Source of the DNA: an uncultured Chloroflexia bacterium
GTDB lineage: Bacteria; Chloroflexota; Anaerolineae; JAAYZQ01
Length of the DNA stretch: 64,000 nucleotides
Direction: 5' to 3'
NCBI GenBank assembly: GCA_963700285.1
Contig: CAVOXA010000015.1
Coordinates: forward strand, 228,715 to 292,714
Shown: positions 18,762 to 28,121 of the stretch, one piece after another
How the letters are laid out: the number at the start of each line of letters is the position of its first letter
How positions within the stretch are numbered: the first letter of the stretch is position 1
The notes under the pieces: model-generated
Database searches by the model: none
Told to the model about the DNA's origin: nothing
What the model saw: only the letters and a program-made list of their open reading frames with translations
Program-made: the position numbers and the translations under genes

Positions 18762-19238
18762 CTAGAGGTGTTTGGCAAAGATGAACAGGTCATCGCCAGG
18801 CGCGTAAAAGTCGCGGACCGATGCCTCGAGGCCGAAGCCGCTGGAGCTATAGAGCCTCCTCGCCGCAGCATAGGGCGCGGTGCTGGACGTTTCGACAAGC
18901 AGCAACCGCCCGCCTCGCGCCCGTACCTCGGCTTCCACCTGTGCCATCAGGCCATGGCCCATGCCATGCCCCTGGACAGCTGGACCGACGGCGATCCAGT
19001 ACAGGTCATAGGTCCCATCGGTCAGTGGGTGCGGCCCAAAACAAGCGTAGCCCTGGGCCGGACAGCCATCTTGGCTGGCAACCAGGAACACGTATCCGCT
19101 TGTTTCCTGCTTATCTTGGTACGCGTTCCAGAGCTCGAGAACACAGTCCCGTTCTGTAGGGTTGAAGATGCCAATCTGGCCTGTGATCTCCAGGATGGAT
19201 GGGCCATGGCTGGGCAACGCCTGCTCGATCGTGTGCAT
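18762..19238 (-). CDS. GNAT N-acetyltransferase, last gene of the KamA/ATP-grasp operon
   Basis: GYACFGP..GTYDLYWIAV..QGHGMGHGLM..VETSS..Y.AARRLY..GF..DFYAPGDD. Confidence 0.88.
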   Translation of the reverse strand: MHTIEQALPSHGPSILEITGQIGIFNPTERDCVLELWNAYQDKQETSGYVFLVASQDGCPAQGYACFGPHPLTDGTYDLYWIAVGPAVQGHGMGHGLMAQVEAEVRARGGRLLLVETSSTAPYAAARRLYSSSGFGLEASVRDFYAPGDDLFIFAKHL

Positions 19239-20256
19239 AGAACTGTCTCCAGGCAAACTCGACAATCTGTTCCGCCATTTCACCATAGCTGTACCCAGCC
19301 GTCCTGGCGGCGCGAAAGAATCCTGCATCTGGTGAAAGGTCCGGATTGCAGTTGACTTCTACGACGTAAGGTACACACTCTTCGCTCAAGCGCATGTCCA
19401 CGCGGGCATAGCCATGGCAGCCGAGGGCATGCCAGGCCCGTAACGCCGTGGCAGTAATGCAGACCCCCACCTCTGATTCTAGCGGGGCTGGGCAGAGCAC
19501 CGGCGTGTTCCGGTACTCAAAGCTCTCTTCCTCCCACTTGGCGGCAAAAGACACGATGCGCTCGTACGGGTCGGAAAAGGCGCAAAAGTCGATCTCAGCC
19601 AGCGGCAACACCTGAGGAGGATCTCCCCAGATGGAAACGTTGAATTCTCGCCCCACCACAAAGGCCTCCGCCAGGGCCGTCTGCCTATAAGCATCCACAA
19701 CGTAGGCGATCCGCTCACGCAGCGCGCCCACCGTATGGACCACTGCCTCCGGCCCCACGCCGATGCTTGCATCCTCGGCGACCGGCTTGACGATGAGTGG
19801 GAAGGACAGTTCGTCGATCCGCTCCTGCACCTCGTCGGGGTGGCAAAACAGCCACCACGCTGGAGTGGGCACGTCGTTATCCAGCAACAGGTCCTTTGTT
19901 TTGGCCTTGTGCGCACCATGGGCTATGGCGCTCCCACCAGATCCGGTGAAACAGTAGCCCATGGCGCCCAGAGCCCAGGCAATGCGCGCTTCCTCAAAGA
20001 GCTTGCCTGCCAAGCCCTCGGCCAGGTTAAAGACGGTCCATTGGCTGGGGGGATACGGGGTTAGGGTCGTCTCCACGTCGCCGTAGAGGGGTACCCCGGT
20101 CACCCGGTAGCCCCTGGCGCACAAGGCATCTATCACGGCTTGGGCGCAAGCGATGACGCCCTGCTCGGCCAAAAGATCCCGTGCCTCGCCTTTGATCAGA
20201 TCGGCACTGGCGTTGTACAGCACTGCAATCCCCGGGGATTGCCAGTTCGTTCTCAT
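19111..20256 (-). CDS. D-Ala-D-Ala ligase-like ATP-grasp enzyme (second ligase)
   Basis: VFNLAEG, FPLIVKPVAEDASIGV, EAFVVGREFNV, GYARVDMRL, VEVNCNPDLSPDAGF; start overlaps the upstream stop (ATGA). Confidence 0.88.
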   Translation of the reverse strand: MRTNWQSPGIAVLYNASADLIKGEARDLLAEQGVIACAQAVIDALCARGYRVTGVPLYGDVETTLTPYPPSQWTVFNLAEGLAGKLFEEARIAWALGAMGYCFTGSGGSAIAHGAHKAKTKDLLLDNDVPTPAWWLFCHPDEVQERIDELSFPLIVKPVAEDASIGVGPEAVVHTVGALRERIAYVVDAYRQTALAEAFVVGREFNVSIWGDPPQVLPLAEIDFCAFSDPYERIVSFAAKWEEESFEYRNTPVLCPAPLESEVGVCITATALRAWHALGCHGYARVDMRLSEECVPYVVEVNCNPDLSPDAGFFRAARTAGYSYGEMAEQIVEFAWRQFYAHDRAGVAQPWPIHPGDHRPDWHLQPYRTGLCSRALERVPR

Positions 20257-22901
20257 CCCACACCTCCTAGGGTCAGGGGCGCCAGCAATGGTGGAGTCAG
20301 GCCACCTGGCCTCAAGTGATCCTGGCCAACACTCCAGAGCGGAGGCCTGTAGCTGGGCGCTTTGAGTCCGTACCGCTCCGCGGCCAGGTAGAGGATCTCG
20401 TTGATCATTTCGTCGTAGGCCAACGCCTCCGCCCGGGCCATTATGCACAAATCACTGGAAACCGGGTTCATGCCCGGCAGCGTATTGATCTCCATCAAGT
20501 AGGGCTGGCCGTCGCTCCCCAAGCGAAAGTCCACCCGGCTGACGTCGAACGCTCCCAAGGCCTCAAAGGCTTCTACGGCCAGTTCTTTGAGCCTAGCTTC
20601 CAGGTCCGGCGGGATGTCTGCGGGACAAAAGTAGTTGGGGGCCTCTTCCTCGCCTGGAAGATAAGACTTGGAGACAGCATTGTAAAAGCCCGCATTGTCA
20701 CCCACGTTGGCGTCGATCTCCAGGATGGGGAAGACGTGGAACCCTCGCCGGTCGTACAGGTCACTGCGTCGTACTGCCCGTGGCGCTTGTGAGTTGCCAA
20801 AAAAGCCTACTGTGAACTCCCTCCCGGACAGGTAGCTCTCCACCAGCGCCGGTTGGTGATAGACGTCTATCGCCCACCGCACCTGGCGTCGCAATTCGGC
20901 CTCGGTATGCACTACCGATTGGCTATTGATGCCCATACCGGTGCCCTCTCGTAGCGGCTTGACGAACAGTGGAAAAGCCAGAAGGTGGTCCAGCGCTTCC
21001 TCGCCCGTGCGAAAGACTTGGAACGGCGATGTGGGCAGGCCCATGTCGCGCCAGATACGCTTGGCGGCCGCCTTGTCCAGCGACAGGGTGTGGCCCGATA
21101 CCTGAGAAGCGCTAAAGGGAATACCCAACATCTGCAACACTGCCGGCACGTGAGACTCGCGGGCCTCACCCTGCATGCCTTCGGCGATGTTAAAGCAGAT
21201 GTCCGGGGCCGCCTGCCGTACAGTATCGAGAAAAGTCCCATCCGCTTCCAGTCGGATCACCTGATGCCCACCCACGCGCAGCGCGGTCTCCAACGCATTC
21301 ACGGTTTCCAACGAGTCGTACTCGGCAAGGGCATCCGGAGGCGCTCCGGGAGCGGCCTCCACATTGGCCTTGAGGTTGTAGACCAAGCCCACACGCCACC
21401 CCCGCCGCTGGATCCTGTTTTTTATGTTCACAGCCCCAACTGTGTGGGGCCGGGGTAGCTTCGGCCGGCCGGTTGTTTTGGATACGGCTTTGTTGTCGCC
21501 CGAATCCATAGTCCAGAGCGGTTTCCAGTGTCCATTGCCATTACTGCCGGGCAGCGCCAACCGAGCTGGCACGACCTGCGACTCATCTCCTCGTTGGTGG
21601 AGAGAGCGCCACCCCTCGGGTGCGATGGTACGCGCTTCACCGGTCAGTAGCCCAGCCACGCCTTCTTGCTTCCCCTCGCTGCGGTGGGCTTGGCAGTAGC
21701 CGCAGGTGGCGGGGTCGTGGGCGGTGTAGACCGGTGGTTGCGCGTAGGCGCTAACAAAGCCCTCAAAGTTGCGCACCACTGCCATCTGGTCAGACATGCT
21801 GAGGAGGTAATTGGGCTGGATCGGTACCTTGCCGCCACCTTCCGGTGCATCGATGACAAATGTTGGTACGGCAAGACCTGAAGTATGGCCGCGCAGCGAT
21901 TCGATGATCTCCATGCCCTTGGCAACCGGTGTTCGGAAATGACCCGCGCCGTGGACCAGATCGCACTGGTAGATGTAATAGGGACGCACCCGATTCTGCA
22001 CCAGCCGATGGACCAGCTTCCGCATGACATTGGGGCAGTCATTGATCCCGGCCAGAAGCACTGTCTGGCTTCCCAGAGGAATGCCGGCATCCGCCAGGAG
22101 CGCCAGTGCGGCCTCGACCTCTGGCGCGATCTCTTTGGGGTGGTTGAAGTGGATGTTCATCCACAGGGGATGGTACCGGCGCAGCATCGCCACCAGGTCT
22201 TCAGTGATACGCTGGGGAAGAAAGACCGGTACCCGCGTTCCGATGCGGATGATCTCCACATGGCGAATCTCTCGAAGACGCGCTAGCAGACTCTCCAGCA
22301 CCCGCTGAGGCAGGGCCAGGGGATCACCGCCGGAGATCAATACATCCCGGATCTGAGGGCTGGCGGCGATGTACGCAATCTGCGCCTCGTGCTGGCTCGT
22401 GCTGAACTGGATGTGTGGATCTCCCACCATCCGGCTCCGGGTACAAAAGCGACAGTAGCTGGCGCACTGCGTGGTGACCAGCATCAACACCCGGTCGGGG
22501 TAGCGATGGACGAGCCCCGCCACGGGCGAATGGGCGTCCTCGGACAGGGCGTCTGCCATCTCGGCTTCGAATGGCAGGGCCTCACGGCCGGTGGGGATGA
22601 CCTGGCGCCGGATGGGACAATTGGGATCGTCGGGATCGATCAGACTTGCGAAATGGGGGGTGGTTTCTGCACGAAAGCAGTCTGGGGCTGCAAGACCTGC
22701 AACTTCTTCGGGAGTGAGGTGGATCAACCGCGCAAAGTCGTCCAGGGTGCTCAGGCGGTTGGACAACTGCCAGCGCCAGTCGCCCCATGTGGACGGCGAA
22801 GCGTCCAGCCACGGAGGGGGAGGTTCATCTGTACCGGGAGGTTCCTCCAATTCAGCCAAGTTTTCTTGCTCGCTCATTCTGGTTGACTCGCTCCTACCCA
22901 T
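20253..22901 (-). CDS. kamA: Lysine 2,3-aminomutase (KamA) fused to a C-terminal Ddl-like ATP-grasp domain
   Basis: HRYPDRVL, CASYCRFC, DVLISGGDPL, HFNHPKE, YQCDL, IDAPEGGGK; then FNIAEG, FVKPLREGTGMGI, GREFTVG, RVDFRL, EINTLPG, all in one 882-aa frame. Confidence 0.9.
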   Translation of the reverse strand: MGRSESTRMSEQENLAELEEPPGTDEPPPPWLDASPSTWGDWRWQLSNRLSTLDDFARLIHLTPEEVAGLAAPDCFRAETTPHFASLIDPDDPNCPIRRQVIPTGREALPFEAEMADALSEDAHSPVAGLVHRYPDRVLMLVTTQCASYCRFCTRSRMVGDPHIQFSTSQHEAQIAYIAASPQIRDVLISGGDPLALPQRVLESLLARLREIRHVEIIRIGTRVPVFLPQRITEDLVAMLRRYHPLWMNIHFNHPKEIAPEVEAALALLADAGIPLGSQTVLLAGINDCPNVMRKLVHRLVQNRVRPYYIYQCDLVHGAGHFRTPVAKGMEIIESLRGHTSGLAVPTFVIDAPEGGGKVPIQPNYLLSMSDQMAVVRNFEGFVSAYAQPPVYTAHDPATCGYCQAHRSEGKQEGVAGLLTGEARTIAPEGWRSLHQRGDESQVVPARLALPGSNGNGHWKPLWTMDSGDNKAVSKTTGRPKLPRPHTVGAVNIKNRIQRRGWRVGLVYNLKANVEAAPGAPPDALAEYDSLETVNALETALRVGGHQVIRLEADGTFLDTVRQAAPDICFNIAEGMQGEARESHVPAVLQMLGIPFSASQVSGHTLSLDKAAAKRIWRDMGLPTSPFQVFRTGEEALDHLLAFPLFVKPLREGTGMGINSQSVVHTEAELRRQVRWAIDVYHQPALVESYLSGREFTVGFFGNSQAPRAVRRSDLYDRRGFHVFPILEIDANVGDNAGFYNAVSKSYLPGEEEAPNYFCPADIPPDLEARLKELAVEAFEALGAFDVSRVDFRLGSDGQPYLMEINTLPGMNPVSSDLCIMARAEALAYDEMINEILYLAAERYGLKAPSYRPPLWSVGQDHLRPGGLTPPLLAPLTLGGVG

Positions 22902-23237
22902 GGACAGAGCTCCCTTCGACGCACTGCGAAGAGAGCCCTTGTAGTCGCGCTCAAGAGATTGATAGCACGACTATTGTGTCCACGCTTCCATTGAATTTGT
23001 TGCATGATCATACCCCGGTCCTGTCCCAAAGCCATAGGAAAAAGCTATCAAGAGGGTGGAAAACCAGTCTGGATCATACGATTCCTGCAATTACCCGGAT
23101 CCTGGTTCAAGAAGCCCACCACCATAGGGTCGTGATGGAGCCTCTGAGTGGAAGGCGCATGGAGACGAGGCTATAAGATAGAGGGTTGGGGGCTGATGGC
23201 GAGTGTTGATGCTAGTTCAAACCCGTACGGGACAGAG

Positions 23238-23266
23238 TTGCTCTCGCAACCGAACAATGCTATAAT
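23238..23266 (+). promoter_or_regulatory. Sigma70 promoter with extended -10
   Basis: TTGCTC-N17-TATAAT, with TG before the -10, 20 nt upstream of the TPR gene. Confidence 0.6.
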
Positions 23267-23286
23267 CCCAGCTATGAGAGCCGGAC

Positions 23287-24420
23287 ATGTATATCCAACC
23301 GCGTAAGAAGAGGCGATCCTCGCCCGTCAGGGTGTTCATCCTGCTGGTGCTTATTGGCATCGGGGTGTACATCCTGGTTTGGCGGCGCGACGACATGCTT
23401 CAGCCTATTCAGGTCGGCCCCACGCCCACACCAACGCCTACAGCCAATGATGTTATGACCGAGGCGCACGAACTCTACCGTGAGGGGCTATTGGATGAGG
23501 CCATCGCCAAGTATAGTGAGGCCGCCGCGCTAGATCCCTCTGACCCGATAGCCTACGTCTGGTGGTCGCACTTGCTGACACTCCGCCAGAGTACGGCAGA
23601 AGGGGTGGAGAAAGCCCGGGAGGCGGTAGGTATTGCCCCAGACAGCGCCGAAGCGTTGGCGGCCTTGTGCATGGCCCTCGATTGGGATGCGGGAATCGGA
23701 GACCAGTCCAAGCTCCAGGAGGCCCTGGGCGCCTGCCTGAGCGCCATAGACCTCGACCCGGGATATGCCGAAGCGCATGCCTACCTGGCCGAGGTCTATG
23801 CCGACCTGGGCCAGAAGACCCAAGCCGCGGAGACGGCCCGCCTGGCCGTCAGCCTGGATGATAGCAGCGTCTTTGCCCACCGAGACTTGGGCTACGCGCT
23901 GGAAAAACAGCGCAATTATCAGGACGCTGTCGCTGAATACCAGCGTGCCTCCCAACTGCATCCCCGGCTGGCCCAACCCTACGTCGATCTGGGCCGCATT
24001 CACATGTCCCACAACCGTTACAAAGATGCGTTGTCGGCCTATGAGAAAGCGACCGTGGTAGAGCCAACCAGCGCCCACGCCCTAGATTCCCTGGGCCAGG
24101 CCTACTTTAATACCGGCGACTACCAGCGAGCGGTGGTAGTCCTAAAAAAGGCAACCGAAGTTGATCCATCCTATGTCCCTGCCTATGGGCATTTGGGCCT
24201 ATCCTACTATATCCTGCGCAACTACGAAGACGCCATTGACATGTATCAGCAGGCTTTCGATCTGGGGGCCACCGAACTCGAGTACTATTACGAATTGGGT
24301 CTGTCTTACGCCTTTCTAGATCGCTGTGATGAAGCACGACCCTGGCTGCTAAAGGCTATCGAGCTTGACTCCACTGCCTGGCCGGCTTGGGAAGGGTTGG
24401 ACCTCTGTCCTGAAGAATAG
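23287..24420 (+). CDS. Membrane-anchored TPR protein
   Basis: N-terminal basic plus hydrophobic segment, PTPTPTPT linker, many A..LG..Y/A..LDP TPR units. Confidence 0.85.
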   Translation: MYIQPRKKRRSSPVRVFILLVLIGIGVYILVWRRDDMLQPIQVGPTPTPTPTANDVMTEAHELYREGLLDEAIAKYSEAAALDPSDPIAYVWWSHLLTLRQSTAEGVEKAREAVGIAPDSAEALAALCMALDWDAGIGDQSKLQEALGACLSAIDLDPGYAEAHAYLAEVYADLGQKTQAAETARLAVSLDDSSVFAHRDLGYALEKQRNYQDAVAEYQRASQLHPRLAQPYVDLGRIHMSHNRYKDALSAYEKATVVEPTSAHALDSLGQAYFNTGDYQRAVVVLKKATEVDPSYVPAYGHLGLSYYILRNYEDAIDMYQQAFDLGATELEYYYELGLSYAFLDRCDEARPWLLKAIELDSTAWPAWEGLDLCPEE

Positions 24421-24498
24421 CAGGCAGAGACCCTTGTCCCACGCTGGAATCTGTGAACCAAAGGAGTCAAAGGATACCGGACACTAGAGGGCAACACG

Positions 24499-25095
24499 AT
24501 GGAGTGGTTGGAAAAGTACCGATGGTACATCTTGCTGGCCACAGTGCTGGCAGTCGGTGGCAGCGTGATTTTCATTCAGTTGCGCCGCCCCGAAGCCCCA
24601 CCACTGCTCCTAAGCACAGCTACGCCTGTTCCACCCCCTGAAGCCACGCCGACGCCGCATCCTCTCCGGGTCTATGTCAGCGGAGCGGTACATCACCCAG
24701 ATGTGTACACGGTCGCGCCTGATAGTATCGTCAAGGATGTGCTGATGGCGGCTGGCGGGCCCAGCGACGAGGCAGATCTGGACCGCATCAATTTGGCGCA
24801 GCCCGTTGCCGATGGACAGCAGGTCTATGTACCCCGGATTGGCGAGGAGAACCCGCCGGTTCAGCTACCGTCCAACCAGCGCAGCCAGCCCATCGTAGCC
24901 GGCACAGTCAATATCAATACTGCCGATTTGGCGGCGCTCGAGTCGCTGCCGGGAATAGGGCCGGCGCTCGCCCAGCGCATCCTCGACTACCGCCAGGCCA
25001 ACGGGTCCTTTGCAAGTCCCAAAGAGATCATGGAGGTATCAGGTATCGGCCCAGCCACGTTCGAAGGGATCCAAGATTTAATAACGACCAAATGA
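24499..25095 (+). CDS. comEA: ComEA DNA-uptake protein
   Basis: TM anchor, VYVSGAV..P.VY (SLBB), INLAQPVADGQQVYVP, VNINTA..LESLPGIGP..V.GIGP HhH. Confidence 0.92.
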   Translation: MEWLEKYRWYILLATVLAVGGSVIFIQLRRPEAPPLLLSTATPVPPPEATPTPHPLRVYVSGAVHHPDVYTVAPDSIVKDVLMAAGGPSDEADLDRINLAQPVADGQQVYVPRIGEENPPVQLPSNQRSQPIVAGTVNINTADLAALESLPGIGPALAQRILDYRQANGSFASPKEIMEVSGIGPATFEGIQDLITTK

Positions 25096-25175
25096 GTCCG
25101 ATTTGTGATCCTCCTTACTGTTCCACGGCCAGGATAGGATACAATATGGATACTCCTTTCTCCTCCTTGTGAGGG

Positions 25176-25216
25176 GAAGAGCAGGAATCTCATATGGGGT
25201 TCCTGCTCTTCTTTTT
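25176..25216 (+). terminator. Intrinsic terminator after comEA
   Basis: GAAGAGCAGGAATCTC-ATAT-GGGGTTCCTGCTCTTC followed by TTTTT. Confidence 0.75.
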
Positions 25217-25293
25217 GTTACACCCCTCCAGATGCTTGTCGGTAGCATCCAGGCTATGGTATAATGATCTCAATCGATGGATGAGGTCTGATA

Positions 25294-26436
25294 GTGGAAG
25301 CGAAAACAGCCAATATCCTGGTGATCGACGATGAAGTGGGGATGCGCGAAGGCTGCCGGCGAGCTTTGGTGCCCTACAGCTATCGTGTCAGCACGGCCGA
25401 ACATGGCGCTGAAGGCCTGCGCAAGTTGCGCGAGGCGCCGTTCGACCTGGTTCTTGTGGATGCCATGATGCCCGGCATGAGTGGGATTGAGCTTCTGGAG
25501 CGCATCTGCGAGCAAGAACCTGACATGGTGTGCATCATGATCACCGGTTATGCTACCGTGGACCTGGCCGCTCGGGCCATGAAGCATGGAGCCCACGATT
25601 TTTTACCCAAACCCTTCACCTCGGACGAACTGCTCGCAGTCGTTCAGCGTGGTCTGGCCGAGCGGCAGCGACGCGAACAGCTCAAGCAGCAGGAGGTACA
25701 GCAGGACGAGGTCCAACAGCTTGAGCGAGCCCGCCAAGAGATGGCCAAGCTCGATGCCATTCAAAGCCGTTTCATGCTGGTTATCGCCCACGAACTGCGC
25801 AACCCAGCCGGCGTGATCAAGAACTATCTGCAACTGATGCGCGCTGGTTACGTCGATGAAGACGAATGGGATGAGTACCTGGAGAAGCTGGACCTGAGAG
25901 CCAGCCAGTTGTTGAACATGCTCGACGACATCCTCGAACTGGCGTATTTGAAGGAGACACACGGGGCCACCAAGACCAAGCCTGTGGCAGTGGTTGACAT
26001 CCTGGAAGAGGTTGTGAACCAGCTACAGCCGACTGCCGACGACAAGGGACTAAAGCTCGTGGTGCGGAGCCGTGGCAGGCCCACCATGCTGGCCCAGCGT
26101 GCCCACCTCCACTCCTTGTGGACGAACCTGATTCGCAATGCCATACAGTATACGCCTTCCGGGTATGTCAAGGTTGCACTCGCGGAAAACGACGGCCTGA
26201 TCGTGAGTAAGGTAGCTGATACCGGGATCGGAGTATCTACCGAAGAATTGGGGCGCATCTTTCAAGAGTTCTACCGCTCAGAAGCTGCCCAAAACCAGGT
26301 ACAGCTGGGCACGGGATTGGGGCTGCCCATCGTGAGCCAGATTGTGAAAACCTACCAGGGTACCATTCAGGTCGACTCGACGCCCGGTCAAGGCAGCACA
26401 TTCACCGTCTGCCTGCCGGCAGGAGCAAGCGGGTAA
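25294..26436 (+). CDS. Hybrid receiver-histidine kinase
   Basis: ILVIDDE, LVDAMMPGMSG, FLPKPF; HELRNP H-box, NLIRNA, DTGIG, GTGLGL. Confidence 0.92.
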   Translation: MEAKTANILVIDDEVGMREGCRRALVPYSYRVSTAEHGAEGLRKLREAPFDLVLVDAMMPGMSGIELLERICEQEPDMVCIMITGYATVDLAARAMKHGAHDFLPKPFTSDELLAVVQRGLAERQRREQLKQQEVQQDEVQQLERARQEMAKLDAIQSRFMLVIAHELRNPAGVIKNYLQLMRAGYVDEDEWDEYLEKLDLRASQLLNMLDDILELAYLKETHGATKTKPVAVVDILEEVVNQLQPTADDKGLKLVVRSRGRPTMLAQRAHLHSLWTNLIRNAIQYTPSGYVKVALAENDGLIVSKVADTGIGVSTEELGRIFQEFYRSEAAQNQVQLGTGLGLPIVSQIVKTYQGTIQVDSTPGQGSTFTVCLPAGASG

Positions 26437-26464
26437 TCATAGAGCAGGATACCAACGGGCAAAC

Positions 26465-27421
26465 ATGTCAGACATCCAGCTACGGGAGTATACGGCCAGG
26501 ATCGGCGATCTGATAGCGGGAGGGCGGCAGGATGAAGCGATTGCTCACTGCCGCTACATCTTGCTCTTTCACCCCCGACATGGCCAGACGTATCGGCTGC
26601 TGGGAGAAGCCTGCCTGGCCAAAGAGATGTGCGGCGAGGCGCGCGACTTTTTTCAGCGGGCACTGAGCGCTGATCCGGAGGACGTTGGCACCTGGCTGGG
26701 ATTGGGTCGCGCCTATGGCGAGCACGGCATGCCAGCGGAGGCCCTATGGGCGGTGGAAAACGCTTTCGAACTGGAGCCCGGCCATGGGAAGGTTCGACAG
26801 GACCTTGGGCGCTTGTACGGCCAGCGCGACCGTGACCCATCTGTCGGGGTCCAGGCGCCCGGGGAAAGAACCCGTCTCAGGTTGACGAGAGGCGCATTGG
26901 GACGCCTGTACATGCGCTGCAACCTGTACGACAAGGCCATTGATGAGCTGCAGGCCGCCCTACTAATTGACTCCAGCAGGCCGGTCACACATGTCGCCCT
27001 GGCGGAAGCCCTGTGGCGCGACGGGCGAGACCTGGAGGCGACCAACGTCTGTTTGGAGATCCTTAGAACCCTCCCGAACTGTCTAAAGGTGAACCTGATC
27101 CTCGGTACGATTTGGCTGCGTAGCGGAAACCCGCGCCCCGCACAGGCCAGGCTGGACGTTGCCCGGGCATTGGATCCTGAGAACTTGATGGCCCAGGAGA
27201 TGATGGGCCATGAATCTCCGCTGCCTGCGGCAGAGGTCCTGGTCGCGGTACCAAAGGATGACAAGTCTGCATCGGCACCCACACTGGCGACATCCGATGC
27301 GCAGGCCGTAACTGAGGATGTACCAATCTGGGTACGCGAGTTAGAACAACTGGAAGTGCGTGCCACAACGCCAACCACCGGTGGCGTGACACAGGGGACA
27401 TCGTTGGCGGAGACCGGCTAG
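26465..27421 (+). CDS. TPR-containing protein
   Basis: Repeated helical TPR-like motifs (YRLLGEA, ALSADPED, AFELEPGH, ARALDPEN). Confidence 0.75.
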   Translation: MSDIQLREYTARIGDLIAGGRQDEAIAHCRYILLFHPRHGQTYRLLGEACLAKEMCGEARDFFQRALSADPEDVGTWLGLGRAYGEHGMPAEALWAVENAFELEPGHGKVRQDLGRLYGQRDRDPSVGVQAPGERTRLRLTRGALGRLYMRCNLYDKAIDELQAALLIDSSRPVTHVALAEALWRDGRDLEATNVCLEILRTLPNCLKVNLILGTIWLRSGNPRPAQARLDVARALDPENLMAQEMMGHESPLPAAEVLVAVPKDDKSASAPTLATSDAQAVTEDVPIWVRELEQLEVRATTPTTGGVTQGTSLAETG

Positions 27422-27538
27422 CCCCCGATAGACAAGACAATAGAAGCAGCGAGATCTGTGATGCGGCGACTCGGGGCTCAAGTTGGGGCTTGGTGTCACG
27501 TCATCGCAGGGAGGCTGAAACCAAATCAAGGAGTTCAC

Positions 27539-27988
27539 ATGGAACGCACATTGGTCCTTATCAAGCCGGATGGTGTACAACGGGGACTTGTCGGCCCCAT
27601 CCTGACCCGCCTCGAACGCCGCGGTCTGCGATTTGCTGGGCTAAAGCTCATGCAGATCACACCCGAGCTGGCGGCCAAGCACTATGGCATCCACCAGGGC
27701 AAACCCTTCTACGAGCCGCTGATCGAGTTCATCACCAGCGGACCCGTGGTCGCGGCGGTCATTGAGGGCGAGGACGCCGTCGAAATCGTGCGCAATACGA
27801 TGGGAGCCACAAATCCGGCCCAGGCTGAGCCAGGTACCATCCGCGCCGATTTTGGCCTGGAGATCGGCCGCAACCTGGTCCACGGATCCGACGGGCCGGA
27901 TACGGCGGCCACCGAAGTACCTCTTTTCTTCACAGAAGATGAGATCCTGAACTACGAGCGCGCCGTCGACGGCTGGATCAACGAATAA
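27539..27988 (+). CDS. ndk: Nucleoside diphosphate kinase
   Basis: MERTLVLIKPDGVQRGL, GATNP..PGTIRADF, NLVHGSD. Confidence 0.97.
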   Translation: MERTLVLIKPDGVQRGLVGPILTRLERRGLRFAGLKLMQITPELAAKHYGIHQGKPFYEPLIEFITSGPVVAAVIEGEDAVEIVRNTMGATNPAQAEPGTIRADFGLEIGRNLVHGSDGPDTAATEVPLFFTEDEILNYERAVDGWINE

Positions 27989-27995
27989 GCACTGG

Positions 27996-28029
27996 CGAGT
28001 TTTCCCCACCAAAGGGTGGGGAAAACTCG
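27996..28029. terminator. Hairpin terminator between convergent genes
   Basis: CGAGTTTTCCCCACC-aaag-GGTGGGGAAAACTCG perfect 15-bp stem. Confidence 0.75.
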
Positions 28030-28121
28030 ATTCTGATCAGGGACAGACTGCACAAGCCCTCTTTCGAAAAATACGGGACGACTCGTACTCGTATCACAGA
28101 CGTAGGGTTGGGGGCTCCCTC

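Noticed and set aside
19111-21400. Canonical ddl or van peptidoglycan ligases
   Set aside because: Lack the GG.S.E N-terminal and HG..GEDG motifs of true Ddl and sit with kamA/GNAT rather than mur genes.
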